From a virus, in IMG/VR virus record IMGVR_UViG_3300027801_001565: a DNA stretch of 64,000 nt; one strand, given 5' to 3'. This document shows, in pieces, positions 55,187-64,000 of the stretch (positions are counted from its first letter, which is position 1; every line of letters begins with the position of its first letter). A program made the position numbers and the translations under genes. The notes under the pieces are model-generated. The model was not told the DNA's origin. It was given only the letters and a program-made list of their open reading frames with translations, and searched no databases.

Positions 55187-56982
55187 TAGCCTTCACACGC
55201 TAAACATTCGCCATCTGCGATTGCTGCCATATCTAATTCCTGAATAATCTCTCGTTCGATTCGTTTACTTACTCTATCTGCTTTACCTAGTTTCTCAGAA
55301 CGGCAATAGTATAGTGTCTTAACACCTGACTTCCATGCTAGGAAATGTACTGCGTGTAGGTATTGTATATTAACATCTGGCCTGAAGAATAGATTCAAAG
55401 ACTGTGCTTGATCTATAAACTCCTGTCTATCTGCTCCATGTTCTATTAACCAACGTTGATCTATTTCCATAGATGTTTTAAATACTGCTTTCTGTTCGGG
55501 TGTTAGATGTGTTATGTGTTGTACTGATCCATCGTTTCCAATAATAGAGGACCATATTTCGTCATAATTTGTCCTAGGGTTAGCCTCACAATAATCTTTA
55601 ATAATAGCATCTAGATATTTGTTCTTATTAAGGTAAGCGCCTGACAATGTGTCTTGCCTATAGGCATTCGCCCTTAGAGGTTCAATACTAGGTGAAGTGT
55701 TACCCATTATAATACTAGAACTAGCATTAGGGGCAACAGCCATAACATGACTAAACCTTCTACCTGAGCCTTTAACATCAGGAGCCTCTCCTCGTTCTTT
55801 ACCTAGAATCTGATTAGCTTCATCTAGTCTAGTTCTAATGTGTCTGAACATTCTAATGTTAGCGCCCTTTGCTTGAGATGTTTCCCATGCCAGCTTATTC
55901 TTCTGAAGATAGGCATGGAATCCTAATGCCCCAACACCAATACTCCGTTCACGTTTCGCTGAGTATACAGCTCTCCCTACTTCCTTTGGTGCTTTCTTAA
56001 TAAAGAACTCTAATACATTGTCTAACATCTCAGCAACGTCTTTTAAAAATTGTGGTTGTTTACTCCAAGTATCGTAATATTCTAAGTTTACACTGGACAA
56101 GCAACATACTGCTGTTCGTTCCCTGTTTGTAGGTAATATAATCTCTGAACACAAATTACTCTGGTGTATTTTAAGTCCCAATGCCTTTTGCTCTGGGTTC
56201 AATGCTCTATTACTTGTATCAATATAATGGATATAGGGTTCGCCAGTTTCCATTCTTAGTTCTAATATCTTTTGCCATAGATCCTTAGCTGATACGGTGT
56301 CTTTAATCAATCCACTATGAGGATCTGTTAAGTTCCAGCCATCGTCTGCATCAGGATCTACCATACATCTTTCTATTATAGACATGAAAGCATCTGTGAT
56401 GTTTACTCCATGATGAAGGTTAGCGCATCGCATGTTAGGATCGCCTGTTCCCTTCCTCATTTCGAGGAACATCATAATATCCGGATGACTAATATCAAGA
56501 TAAGTAGCATAGCTACCGCGTCTAGTGCGCCCTTGCCTGTACGCCAAGCATGAGGCATCGTAAGTCTTAAGATGAGGCATAACCCCAGTAGACTTATCGT
56601 CGCTTGATCTAATACCAAAGCCGATGCCGACACCACCGCCAAGCATGCTAAGCCAGTTTGTTTCTGATAAATTTTCAACTAATCCCTCCGCTGTATCATC
56701 AATAAAATTTAAAAAACAGGATATCGGCATACCACGTTTAGATCTACCATATGATAAGATAGGTGTGGAGTATGATAACCAATGTTTACTACTGTAATCG
56801 TATAGTCGTTGTGCGTGTGCTTTATCAGAACCGAAAATGCTACTTACATAAGCAAAACGTTCCTGTGGAGATACTTCCTCATCCTTCATATAACTTTCTT
56901 TAAGTCTCTGTATTCCTAATATATCAAAAAGATTGTCTCTATCTAGGTCTACTGTTACTCCATGGTATTCTGCTGTCTTCAT
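55186..56982 (-). CDS. nrdA: Ribonucleotide reductase class Ia alpha subunit (no ATP cone)
   Basis: PISCF, GGGVG, QSNLCSEI, VCCLSS, APNASSS, KTLYY, C-terminal CLACEG. Confidence 0.96.
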   Translation of the reverse strand: MKTAEYHGVTVDLDRDNLFDILGIQRLKESYMKDEEVSPQERFAYVSSIFGSDKAHAQRLYDYSSKHWLSYSTPILSYGRSKRGMPISCFLNFIDDTAEGLVENLSETNWLSMLGGGVGIGFGIRSSDDKSTGVMPHLKTYDASCLAYRQGRTRRGSYATYLDISHPDIMMFLEMRKGTGDPNMRCANLHHGVNITDAFMSIIERCMVDPDADDGWNLTDPHSGLIKDTVSAKDLWQKILELRMETGEPYIHYIDTSNRALNPEQKALGLKIHQSNLCSEIILPTNRERTAVCCLSSVNLEYYDTWSKQPQFLKDVAEMLDNVLEFFIKKAPKEVGRAVYSAKRERSIGVGALGFHAYLQKNKLAWETSQAKGANIRMFRHIRTRLDEANQILGKERGEAPDVKGSGRRFSHVMAVAPNASSSIIMGNTSPSIEPLRANAYRQDTLSGAYLNKNKYLDAIIKDYCEANPRTNYDEIWSSIIGNDGSVQHITHLTPEQKAVFKTSMEIDQRWLIEHGADRQEFIDQAQSLNLFFRPDVNIQYLHAVHFLAWKSGVKTLYYCRSEKLGKADRVSKRIEREIIQELDMAAIADGECLACEG

Positions 56983-57170
56983 TTATCTATCTCTTTGTTA
57001 TCTAATTCTGTTTTTAATTCTTTTATTCTAATATACGCACTTTGTAGTTGTCGCTGTAGCTCGTATACTTCATTTCTCAGGGCTCTTTCTATCATGTCTT
57101 TGGCTAGAATTGCCTGTCTATATGTCTCTTGTTCGCCGCCTAAATTTAATTTATTCAACACTTTCTCCAA
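56979..57170 (-). CDS. Small coiled-coil hypothetical protein
   Basis: ELQRQLQSAYIRIKEL; fills the primase-nrdA gap. Confidence 0.6.
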   Translation of the reverse strand: MEKVLNKLNLGGEQETYRQAILAKDMIERALRNEVYELQRQLQSAYIRIKELKTELDNKEIDK

Positions 57171-58204
57171 GCTGTATATTTTAGTTCTGCCTCTAAATTC
57201 TGGAAGGTATTATTACTTATAACATCTTCAACGTTGACTCCAGCTATAACCATTTCATTAATATCTTTAGCCTCTATACTCTCAGGCCATATAACAACCT
57301 TAATCCCATTGCGTATATGCTTTAGTAAAATATTACATACCTCAACATTATGGGGCTGATTATCTATGATAATAATATCATTATCTCCTGGTGTTATCTT
57401 ACCGAAGGCTGTGCCAGCACATGCAATACTATTTGTTAGAAATAAACTATCTAAAGGACCCTCTACTATTTTTACTGGCGTATCTTTACTTATAACATCT
57501 AAACCGAAGATGGTAGGTGAATCTTCAACTATTTTCACCATTATATATCTCAGGGAGCTGTTGCCGTAATCTCTCAAAGTAAGGCCTGTTAGTTTACCAT
57601 CTTCGCTGAAGAATGGGATAGCCAATCGAGGTTCTGTAGTTTTAATTCTATCTTTGTACTTTGGAGCTAATTGAGATATAGTACTAATATCGTCTATGTG
57701 ATATAGTCTATGCCAAACATCTTCAGGGATTTGCCTCGACTTACAGTACTCTACTGCAATGTGTGTATGTGTAGTACCACATGCCTCAGACAATTTATCT
57801 ACTCTATCCATAATACTGTCTATAAGTTTTTCTTTATTCTGCTTCCTAGCACTGAAGTCAGGAGCTTTAAAGTCAAACTCAAATACTTTCTCTGGATTGT
57901 TGTTGCCTTGTTTGCCTGTGTGGCCTGCATTGCCTTCGGTGTATCTTTCTAAGACATATTGCTTATGTAGTAAAGGATCTATTGTCTTTAAGAGATTACC
58001 AAAAGTTGTCCCTGCATCGCAATTATGGCACTTATAGAACATATCGTTACTCTTCCTATACAAGTAACCACGAGCTTTGTTTTTCTTCTTATCGCTGTCG
58101 CCACACAAGGGACACCGAAAATTAAACAGGTAGTCGTCTTTTCTCGCAAACCGCTGAAAACGGTGGGAAGACATGTTTATATATTTCAAATCTAAGTGTA
58201 ACAT
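57155..58204 (-). CDS. 61: DNA primase gp61
   Basis: NFRCPLCGDS.K.K.KARG...CHNC Zn finger; RL.IPF; VEGPLDSLF; DNQP; KDINEM. Confidence 0.95.
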   Translation of the reverse strand: MLHLDLKYINMSSHRFQRFARKDDYLFNFRCPLCGDSDKKKNKARGYLYRKSNDMFYKCHNCDAGTTFGNLLKTIDPLLHKQYVLERYTEGNAGHTGKQGNNNPEKVFEFDFKAPDFSARKQNKEKLIDSIMDRVDKLSEACGTTHTHIAVEYCKSRQIPEDVWHRLYHIDDISTISQLAPKYKDRIKTTEPRLAIPFFSEDGKLTGLTLRDYGNSSLRYIMVKIVEDSPTIFGLDVISKDTPVKIVEGPLDSLFLTNSIACAGTAFGKITPGDNDIIIIDNQPHNVEVCNILLKHIRNGIKVVIWPESIEAKDINEMVIAGVNVEDVISNNTFQNLEAELKYTAWRKC

Positions 58205-58211
58205 AAGACAT

Positions 58212-58240
58212 ATTATACGACCTTTTAGTGCTTTAGTAAA
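58212..58240 (-). promoter_or_regulatory. Promoter TTTACT-17-TATAAT (AGGTCG class)
   Basis: Near-identical to 6311-6339. Confidence 0.7.
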
Positions 58241-58351
58241 GCACCTTAGGTACCAAAAGGGTTAATTAGTTTTAAACACTATAGGAAAATGTTTGTACTT
58301 ATATGTATACTAGATTCTGTTATCTTGAATAGATAACGGTTGTATTAGTGG

Positions 58352-58837
58352 TTAGCCTGTGAAGAACTCAGAGACTGTTCCTAGTTGTGGAAAAAATATG
58401 GTAGCAGCTATTAATGCTCCAATGAGAATCCATCTCCACTGCTCCAATTTGTCGATACGTTTTTCAAGGTTTCTTTGATCGCCATTAACTTCCTTTCGTA
58501 ACTCTTGTATGGCAGTTAAGATTTTATCTTCTGTTTTCTTAATGCTGTCGCTCATGTTTCTGTGTTGCTCCAAGTTTTCTCGGGTACTGGTTGATATACG
58601 GCTGTGGAGCTCTTTTACGGCGAATTCGCCAGTCCGTACTCTCTCCCGATTTGTAGTTTCGTTTGATATAAGTCTTTCTTCATGTACTGCTAAGATTGCG
58701 CTATTAGACGTAAGCGCCTTACTAATGCTATCCATAGTCTCATCTAATTTCTGAAACAAATGGCCCATTGCAGCAATATCTGCCTTAATGGTTCCTAATT
58801 CTCTTTCAGTTTTTGCTGTAGTATTATTAGTTGTCAT
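58352..58837 (-). CDS. Coiled-coil protein with C-terminal TM
   Basis: LAVHEERL...LHSRI...RIDKLEQWRWILIG family motif. Confidence 0.7.
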   Translation of the reverse strand: MTTNNTTAKTERELGTIKADIAAMGHLFQKLDETMDSISKALTSNSAILAVHEERLISNETTNRERVRTGEFAVKELHSRISTSTRENLEQHRNMSDSIKKTEDKILTAIQELRKEVNGDQRNLEKRIDKLEQWRWILIGALIAATIFFPQLGTVSEFFTG

Positions 58838-59358
58838 GTTTTAAGTCTTTTCTTTTTACGTCTTGTTGCCATTGGCATAAGTCTAGGATCAACACCAGGT
58901 TCCCCTTGAGGACCTATTCCTATACCTGCTATACCACCACCACCAACACTATTCTCGTCTATGAAGCTTCTGAATGAAACAATATTTTGTTCTAATAATT
59001 TAGAATGTAGTATAACATTCTCATCTAGAGAATACAACTCTAACAAAGCACCAATCTCTACCCTATCATCTTCTTCTTTGTATTCCTTTAACAGAGCAAG
59101 AGCTGCTGCAAAAGATAAAAGACGTCTACCTTTAAAGTCTGAAGATTTGGTTAATGCGTATTGTACTTTAAATACAAAACGATTTAGGAATGAGTATGCG
59201 TTTTTTTCGGTTGTAGTAACAGCCTTCTTTAAATTTTTGCCACTGGCGTCGATTATACCGAGCTTATAAGCGGCAGACTGTTCTATTGGTGTAGATAAGA
59301 GTTTAAGTATCTTATATACTACAATAGTATCGAACGCTCTACCTTCCTGCAATGCCAT
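58834..59358 (-). CDS. Conserved T4-like hypothetical protein
   Basis: YKILKLL.TP....AYKLGIID..G...AAAL.LLKE. Confidence 0.75.
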   Translation of the reverse strand: MALQEGRAFDTIVVYKILKLLSTPIEQSAAYKLGIIDASGKNLKKAVTTTEKNAYSFLNRFVFKVQYALTKSSDFKGRRLLSFAAALALLKEYKEEDDRVEIGALLELYSLDENVILHSKLLEQNIVSFRSFIDENSVGGGGIAGIGIGPQGEPGVDPRLMPMATRRKKKRLKT

Positions 59359-59748
59359 TTAAATTTTCCTTAGTACTGTTATTAAGTCTTCATTAAGATG
59401 CACATCATCTTGAACTCTTTTAATTCTAACACCTGCTGTATAACTCTCTGCCAGTGGTAGTCTATTTAAGAATACTAAAAATGTTTTTAAGTTGGACCAA
59501 TATTTTTCTTCTAACTTAAAAAACAACATTTCTGTTGTTGCGTTACCAAATACATTGTATAATAAAACTAAATGATTGATTACTAGTCTTTCATTAGCCT
59601 CGCCTGTTTTAGTATATCTATTTAACAAGCGTTTGAGGTATTTAAACCTCTTTAAATCATCTTCTAATTCTGCCATCCCTGTACATGAGGGATTTCTATA
59701 GTTCTTAATTGCAAATATCAAAAAATTGTCATCATTTAATTCAGTCAT
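59359..59748 (-). CDS. Conserved T4-like hypothetical protein
   Basis: FAIKNY.NP.C...DDLKRFKYLKRLL..Y...ERL..NH...LYNVFG. Confidence 0.8.
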   Translation of the reverse strand: MTELNDDNFLIFAIKNYRNPSCTGMAELEDDLKRFKYLKRLLNRYTKTGEANERLVINHLVLLYNVFGNATTEMLFFKLEEKYWSNLKTFLVFLNRLPLAESYTAGVRIKRVQDDVHLNEDLITVLRKI

Positions 59749-59754
59749 TTATTT

Positions 59755-60201
59755 TTAACTCACCGTTGCGCTTCCTCCAATGAAGAACCACTTGCTAAGG
59801 CCTGTATCGTACAACATTGTTGCCGAGTTACCTGCTGCTGAGAAAGCCACATTGTTCTGTACGTTAGCTCCTTGCAATGTCAAAGTATGTGATCCAGTAT
59901 TGGAAGACATTATAATAATTTTAATTTGTCCGTCGAGACCGGTACCTATTGTAAGGTTGCCGGCGCCGTCGGGATTGTGTATGTAGGTGACGTTTGTTGT
60001 CGTTGCCACAATTCCTATCGTTGTAATAGTATCGTGATCGCCAACTTGGATAGAATTTGTAAACTGAACTGGCGTTGATATATTGCCAAACAGATTTTGG
60101 ACAGTAATAGACTTTGAAGTACTACTCTGTACAAGATATGTTAGATCAGCTGCCGCTGCTGTAGTAGCAGCGGTTAATTCTGAGATCTTAGCGTCTGCCA
60201 T
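59755..60201 (-). CDS. Putative virion structural protein
   Basis: MADAKISEL N-terminus typical of fibre-like proteins; beta-rich body. Confidence 0.55.
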   Translation of the reverse strand: MADAKISELTAATTAAAADLTYLVQSSTSKSITVQNLFGNISTPVQFTNSIQVGDHDTITTIGIVATTTNVTYIHNPDGAGNLTIGTGLDGQIKIIIMSSNTGSHTLTLQGANVQNNVAFSAAGNSATMLYDTGLSKWFFIGGSATVS

Positions 60202-60210
60202 GATTTATCC

Positions 60211-60795
60211 TTACGCTACGACTGTTAATGTACCAGCTGCTGTACCAATACCCGCTACACTTGTGATAGTAGAAACTTGAGCTTTTCCTTTATCTTTAAT
60301 TGTACCTGAGTTTAGTCCAAGAGCATTAGCACCTATGCTTAATACATCGTCTGCGTTTGTAGCTGCGTCTGCTGCTGCTACTACTAGTGAGAATGTAAGT
60401 TCATTTGAACCTGTTCCACTAGCGTATGATAGTAAGTGTGGTCCACGACCTGTGCCTGTACCTTCGTTGCCGTTGGTTACTGATACTTGTGGTGTTCCTG
60501 TTACATCTACTGATTCGTTGAATCTTACTAGAGCTGAAAGCGTAAAGCCTGCTGACTTATCTGCTGCTGTTGTAATCCATTCAATCTGTGTAATATCCGC
60601 TGCGCCTACTTTAGTTGCAAGTGACGACATAGCTACTAAAACCTCAGAGTCGGCAGTTGTTCTACCGTTACCTGTTTGTTTAGAACCTGCTTCCACTTCC
60701 CAACCACGGGCTGTAGCAAATATTTCTTTTTTCTGAGCGGTTGTAAGATACTTAGGCTTACTTTCGTCCGCGTCTGTTGCTCCCCAATTTGACAT
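60211..60795 (-). CDS. Putative virion structural protein (Ig-like)
   Basis: Thr/Gly/Ala-rich; V.F.E.V.VTGTP...YASGTGSNELTF. Confidence 0.6.
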   Translation of the reverse strand: MSNWGATDADESKPKYLTTAQKKEIFATARGWEVEAGSKQTGNGRTTADSEVLVAMSSLATKVGAADITQIEWITTAADKSAGFTLSALVRFNESVDVTGTPQVSVTNGNEGTGTGRGPHLLSYASGTGSNELTFSLVVAAADAATNADDVLSIGANALGLNSGTIKDKGKAQVSTITSVAGIGTAAGTLTVVA

Positions 60796-60807
60796 ATTTT
60801 TCTCCTA

Positions 60808-62601
60808 TTAATCTATATGTGTTTTAAAATTATTGTGTGATGCATGTCCATGAGACTGCATATGTTCTTTATCTACTGGCTTCCCACTCATATATTTATT
60901 AAGAAATTTATGTGCATGTTGAGCAGATACTTTATGTGTTTTTCCATCTTGGAATTTTACACCATCATGTTTGTCACCTAAACTAATAGACTTTCTTAAC
61001 TGAGCCACAATGTGCTCTGGACCTTTATCTTTTGATCCGTCATGTTTATTAGCTTTGCCTTCAGTAGGTTTCTTAGGTTTAGATAAGTCCTTGTCTTTGG
61101 CAATATCTCTCATTGCATCTTCTTTAGCGCCTTCTTGTACATCGTTGTACAGTCTGTCTGTTTCTGCTTGAAGAGCCACATTAGGGTCTACTACTAAAGG
61201 TACTTCTGAAACGTTATTTTTGCCTGTTAAGACATCCATTACAGTTTTGTGTACATCTCTAATCTTATCGCCTTGTGTTCTATAAGTTTGTGTTTCTTCT
61301 GGTGTATCTTCGTTCTCTTTGATATCTTTACCCATAGCCTTTTTAATTGCTTTGTCTTTAGAGCCAAAGTATTCATCTTTTTTAGTTTCTAATTTGCCGT
61401 CACCGTCATGGTCTTTCTTAGCAATTTTAGATTCTGTTTTAAATGTCTTTGTACCATCAGCTCTTTTAGTAACTGTTTTTGCCTTAGATCCTACTTTACC
61501 TGATTTGTTAGGTCCTACGCCATGTTTTTTAGCTTTATCATCTAGCCATTTATGTGGGTCTTTAGGTGGGTTATCAAAATCATAGCCATGATCCATGGCA
61601 AAGTTTTTTAATGATCCCTCTTCTAATCCTAACTCTAGTTCTTCATTCGCTCGTCTAAGTGCGTTTGAAACATCTGGGTGATCTGACAATCCTTTCTTAA
61701 TTTTCTCTGCCTTTTTAGCAGCGCCTGAGTAATCTCCACCTTTATGTCTAGGGTCAAATGCTATGCCCTTGGCCATTTTAATTTGTTTGTCTGAGTAAGT
61801 AGCCTCTTCAACATGCTTAAATAGTGATCCCTTAATAGACTCTGGAATATCTCTTACATTGTCTACTTTATTATTAGCTAATGCTCTTTGTAGATTTTCT
61901 TTGTAAAGATTATTAAACTTGATAAAGTCTTCTGCTACGCCTGCTTTCTCTTTCTCTTTTCTGAGTTCTTTAGGCATATCTTTAAGCTTCATTTCTTTAG
62001 ACCTTCTTCCCATACGAGAAGCTAATCTAGTAGCACGCTTTCGCATACCGTCTGAATCTAGATCTGAAATTAAGCCTTCCTTAATATCTGGTTTAGTCAT
62101 TTGCTTAGGTCCATCTGTTATTTCGGGGTTCTTTTTAGAGCCTCCTTGTACAGGTGATTCCGTATCGCCTTCTGTTTTATCGGCTGGACGATGAGCTACT
62201 GCTTCATCGGTTCTTTCCTTGCCGGGTTCTTTTGGTTCGCCTTTCGTAACGAGGGAGGACTTCGATTGTTTTTTCATTTTCTTCTCTTTTTTAACGTCAT
62301 CTTGGTCTTCCGATCCGTCGTGAACAACGATTTCTATATTATTATCTGCCATTCCTTTCTCCTCGGTTTGATATCTATTTCTTTGAGTATGTAGTTTAGC
62401 TCTGTTATAAGTTATATCGTCTCCGAATTGGAACCCCATCATCTTATCCATAAGCTTTGAAATTGCTTCTCTTTCCATAGGTTGTAAATTCTTACCCATT
62501 TTAAGATTGGCTAACGCTCTATGTAAAACCGGTAATTGACTAGCTGGCATCATGCCTTGTCTTATCAATGTGTCCAGTCTCTTGTGATCTACGCCTGCCA
62601 T
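60808..62601 (-). CDS. Large charged late protein, likely internal head protein
   Basis: Late promoter 62626-62633; K/E/D-rich modules separated by (I/V/L/T)-x-E sites. Confidence 0.55.
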   Translation of the reverse strand: MAGVDHKRLDTLIRQGMMPASQLPVLHRALANLKMGKNLQPMEREAISKLMDKMMGFQFGDDITYNRAKLHTQRNRYQTEEKGMADNNIEIVVHDGSEDQDDVKKEKKMKKQSKSSLVTKGEPKEPGKERTDEAVAHRPADKTEGDTESPVQGGSKKNPEITDGPKQMTKPDIKEGLISDLDSDGMRKRATRLASRMGRRSKEMKLKDMPKELRKEKEKAGVAEDFIKFNNLYKENLQRALANNKVDNVRDIPESIKGSLFKHVEEATYSDKQIKMAKGIAFDPRHKGGDYSGAAKKAEKIKKGLSDHPDVSNALRRANEELELGLEEGSLKNFAMDHGYDFDNPPKDPHKWLDDKAKKHGVGPNKSGKVGSKAKTVTKRADGTKTFKTESKIAKKDHDGDGKLETKKDEYFGSKDKAIKKAMGKDIKENEDTPEETQTYRTQGDKIRDVHKTVMDVLTGKNNVSEVPLVVDPNVALQAETDRLYNDVQEGAKEDAMRDIAKDKDLSKPKKPTEGKANKHDGSKDKGPEHIVAQLRKSISLGDKHDGVKFQDGKTHKVSAQHAHKFLNKYMSGKPVDKEHMQSHGHASHNNFKTHID

Positions 62602-62637
62602 ATACTCTTCTCTTGTTTACTCTTGTATTTATACAAT

Positions 62638-64000
62638 CTATACAGTTGATCTTAATTTTTTAATTTTATAATCTTCAATGAATTTTTTAGCATACTCTAC
62701 GGGTGGTGGTAGTTCAACCATTCGTTTAGACATATCTTCCCATTTATGCTTAGGGTCTATTAACCAGTTGTGATATGAAAATGGTAATGGGGGTTGATTC
62801 CCACCTGTAAAATCGTTATCATACCACTCATGTTCTAAGTATGATAACACTTTATATAAATCTAATGTATCTGACTTCCAGTTCATAAAAGACATTTCTT
62901 CTTGGAATGTGCTGTCTTCTGTATTGTATACTATCTCATCATTGTTTGATTCACGTTTAACTAACCCCTCATACAATTTTCTAAACTGTCCTCTTGGCCC
63001 GTCTTCCCAAGGTGAGTTGTTATTATTACACTCTGCCATTGTAGTTTTGTGATAGCCATACTTCTGAGGGTCCATTGCAAATCTGCTCTGTTCCTCATAC
63101 TGTCTTGTCTTATCTGGAATCCATAAAGGCATAATCTGAGATGTTTGTCCGTCCCAATTATTAACTATCCATCTTTTTGTTTCTCTTAATGAATCTAAAG
63201 TCTCATGTGGCAGGCCTGCTATCAGACTTAAATGCGCCTGGAAGTGGCCTCTTTCTCTAGCCCACTCTTTATATGCTAGTAAACCATCTTGTAGTCTACC
63301 AGAGTGCATACCCTTACCTACAGCTTTTGCGGAAGGTGTGTGAAATGATTCTATACCGTAAAACTGAGAGTTTAACCCTATGTCATGTATCATTTGCCAG
63401 TCTTTAGGTTTACATACTAACAAGTCGCCACGAATATAACCTGCACAATTAGGTTTGAACGGGAGTCTCTTTATAGCTCCTGCAAACCTTTCTAATTTTT
63501 CTGTGTAATCGTTAACCGTCTCATCTGATATAGAGTAATTAGTTGTGCCCCATTTCTCATAGTTCTCTAACATCTCTGTATATAAATTGTCCTCAGACCT
63601 GCTGTGATCTTCCTTAATGTTCCTATATGTGAGGGTACAAAAGTGGCAGTTAAATATACAACCACGCCCAAACTCTACTGTAAGGACCTCCTGTGGCTGT
63701 ATATGATCTCTATCTTCGTAATGCGTGGACAAGTTCTTCATCCTAGCAGCCATGTAGTCATGGGTAGCGTCTACGCGCCTAAAAGAGTTTCCGTTTAGCC
63801 ATTTATGTTCTGTATATTTAACATTACCACTAAGAATAGCACTCATAGCTAACTCTCCATAACCATGTACCATGTAGTCTAATGGAAAACCTTCACAATT
63901 ATGGAATGCTTGAGAGCCACCTATGATTAGAATGTCTGGATATTCTTCTTTAAACCAATAGGTAAATTCATATAATGTTTTAAATCGTATTGAGAATGTA
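62638..64000 (-). CDS. B12-binding radical SAM enzyme (5'-truncated; paralog of 36953-38566)
   Basis: Frame open to the window end; EFGRGCIFNCHFC, DETVND, GYIRGDLL, GIESF, IAGLPHET. Confidence 0.88.
   Translation of the reverse strand, partial: TFSIRFKTLYEFTYWFKEEYPDILIIGGSQAFHNCEGFPLDYMVHGYGELAMSAILSGNVKYTEHKWLNGNSFRRVDATHDYMAARMKNLSTHYEDRDHIQPQEVLTVEFGRGCIFNCHFCTLTYRNIKEDHSRSEDNLYTEMLENYEKWGTTNYSISDETVNDYTEKLERFAGAIKRLPFKPNCAGYIRGDLLVCKPKDWQMIHDIGLNSQFYGIESFHTPSAKAVGKGMHSGRLQDGLLAYKEWARERGHFQAHLSLIAGLPHETLDSLRETKRWIVNNWDGQTSQIMPLWIPDKTRQYEEQSRFAMDPQKYGYHKTTMAECNNNNSPWEDGPRGQFRKLYEGLVKRESNNDEIVYNTEDSTFQEEMSFMNWKSDTLDLYKVLSYLEHEWYDNDFTGGNQPPLPFSYHNWLIDPKHKWEDMSKRMVELPPPVEYAKKFIEDYKIKKLRSTV

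Noticed and set aside
52290-56982. Introns or inteins in nrdA/nrdB
   Set aside because: Both ORFs are continuous and compact; the intervening genes are free-standing
1-64000. Alternative genetic code or stop-codon reassignment
   Set aside because: Core genes translate full length under the standard code, and TAA, TAG and TGA all act as stops

Overview
This window is a gene-dense, AT-rich segment of a large T4-like (Tevenvirinae-like, marine/aquatic type) myophage, mostly encoded on the minus strand. The T4 core genes are gp32, gp59, gp33, RNase H, gp61 primase, nrdA/nrdB, thyX, phoH, a lysozyme and many TATAAATA late promoters. RNA genes are tRNA-Arg(UCU) and a circularly permuted (two-piece) tmRNA with the tag AEANGYALAA. 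The accessory content is a large tailoring-enzyme set: five tandem SPASM/twitch-type radical SAM genes, two B12-dependent radical SAM genes, a carbamoyltransferase, several 2OG-Fe(II) oxygenases, two desaturases, GNAT, methyltransferase, sulfotransferase-like, AMP-ligase and QueC-like genes, and a gammaproteobacterial-type NfuA. The most striking unexplained signal is in an early-gene island at about 32.4-34.7 kb. One complete transcription unit (promoter spacer to terminator, about 474 nt, encoding an acidic 127-aa protein) has no GA or GG dinucleotide on its template strand. It is flanked by a 36-37-bp-periodic repeat/spacer array, clustered same-strand GGTGGTGG octamers and outward-facing promoter-like sites with defective -10 boxes. 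All functional calls are from motif recognition by eye; no searches were run.
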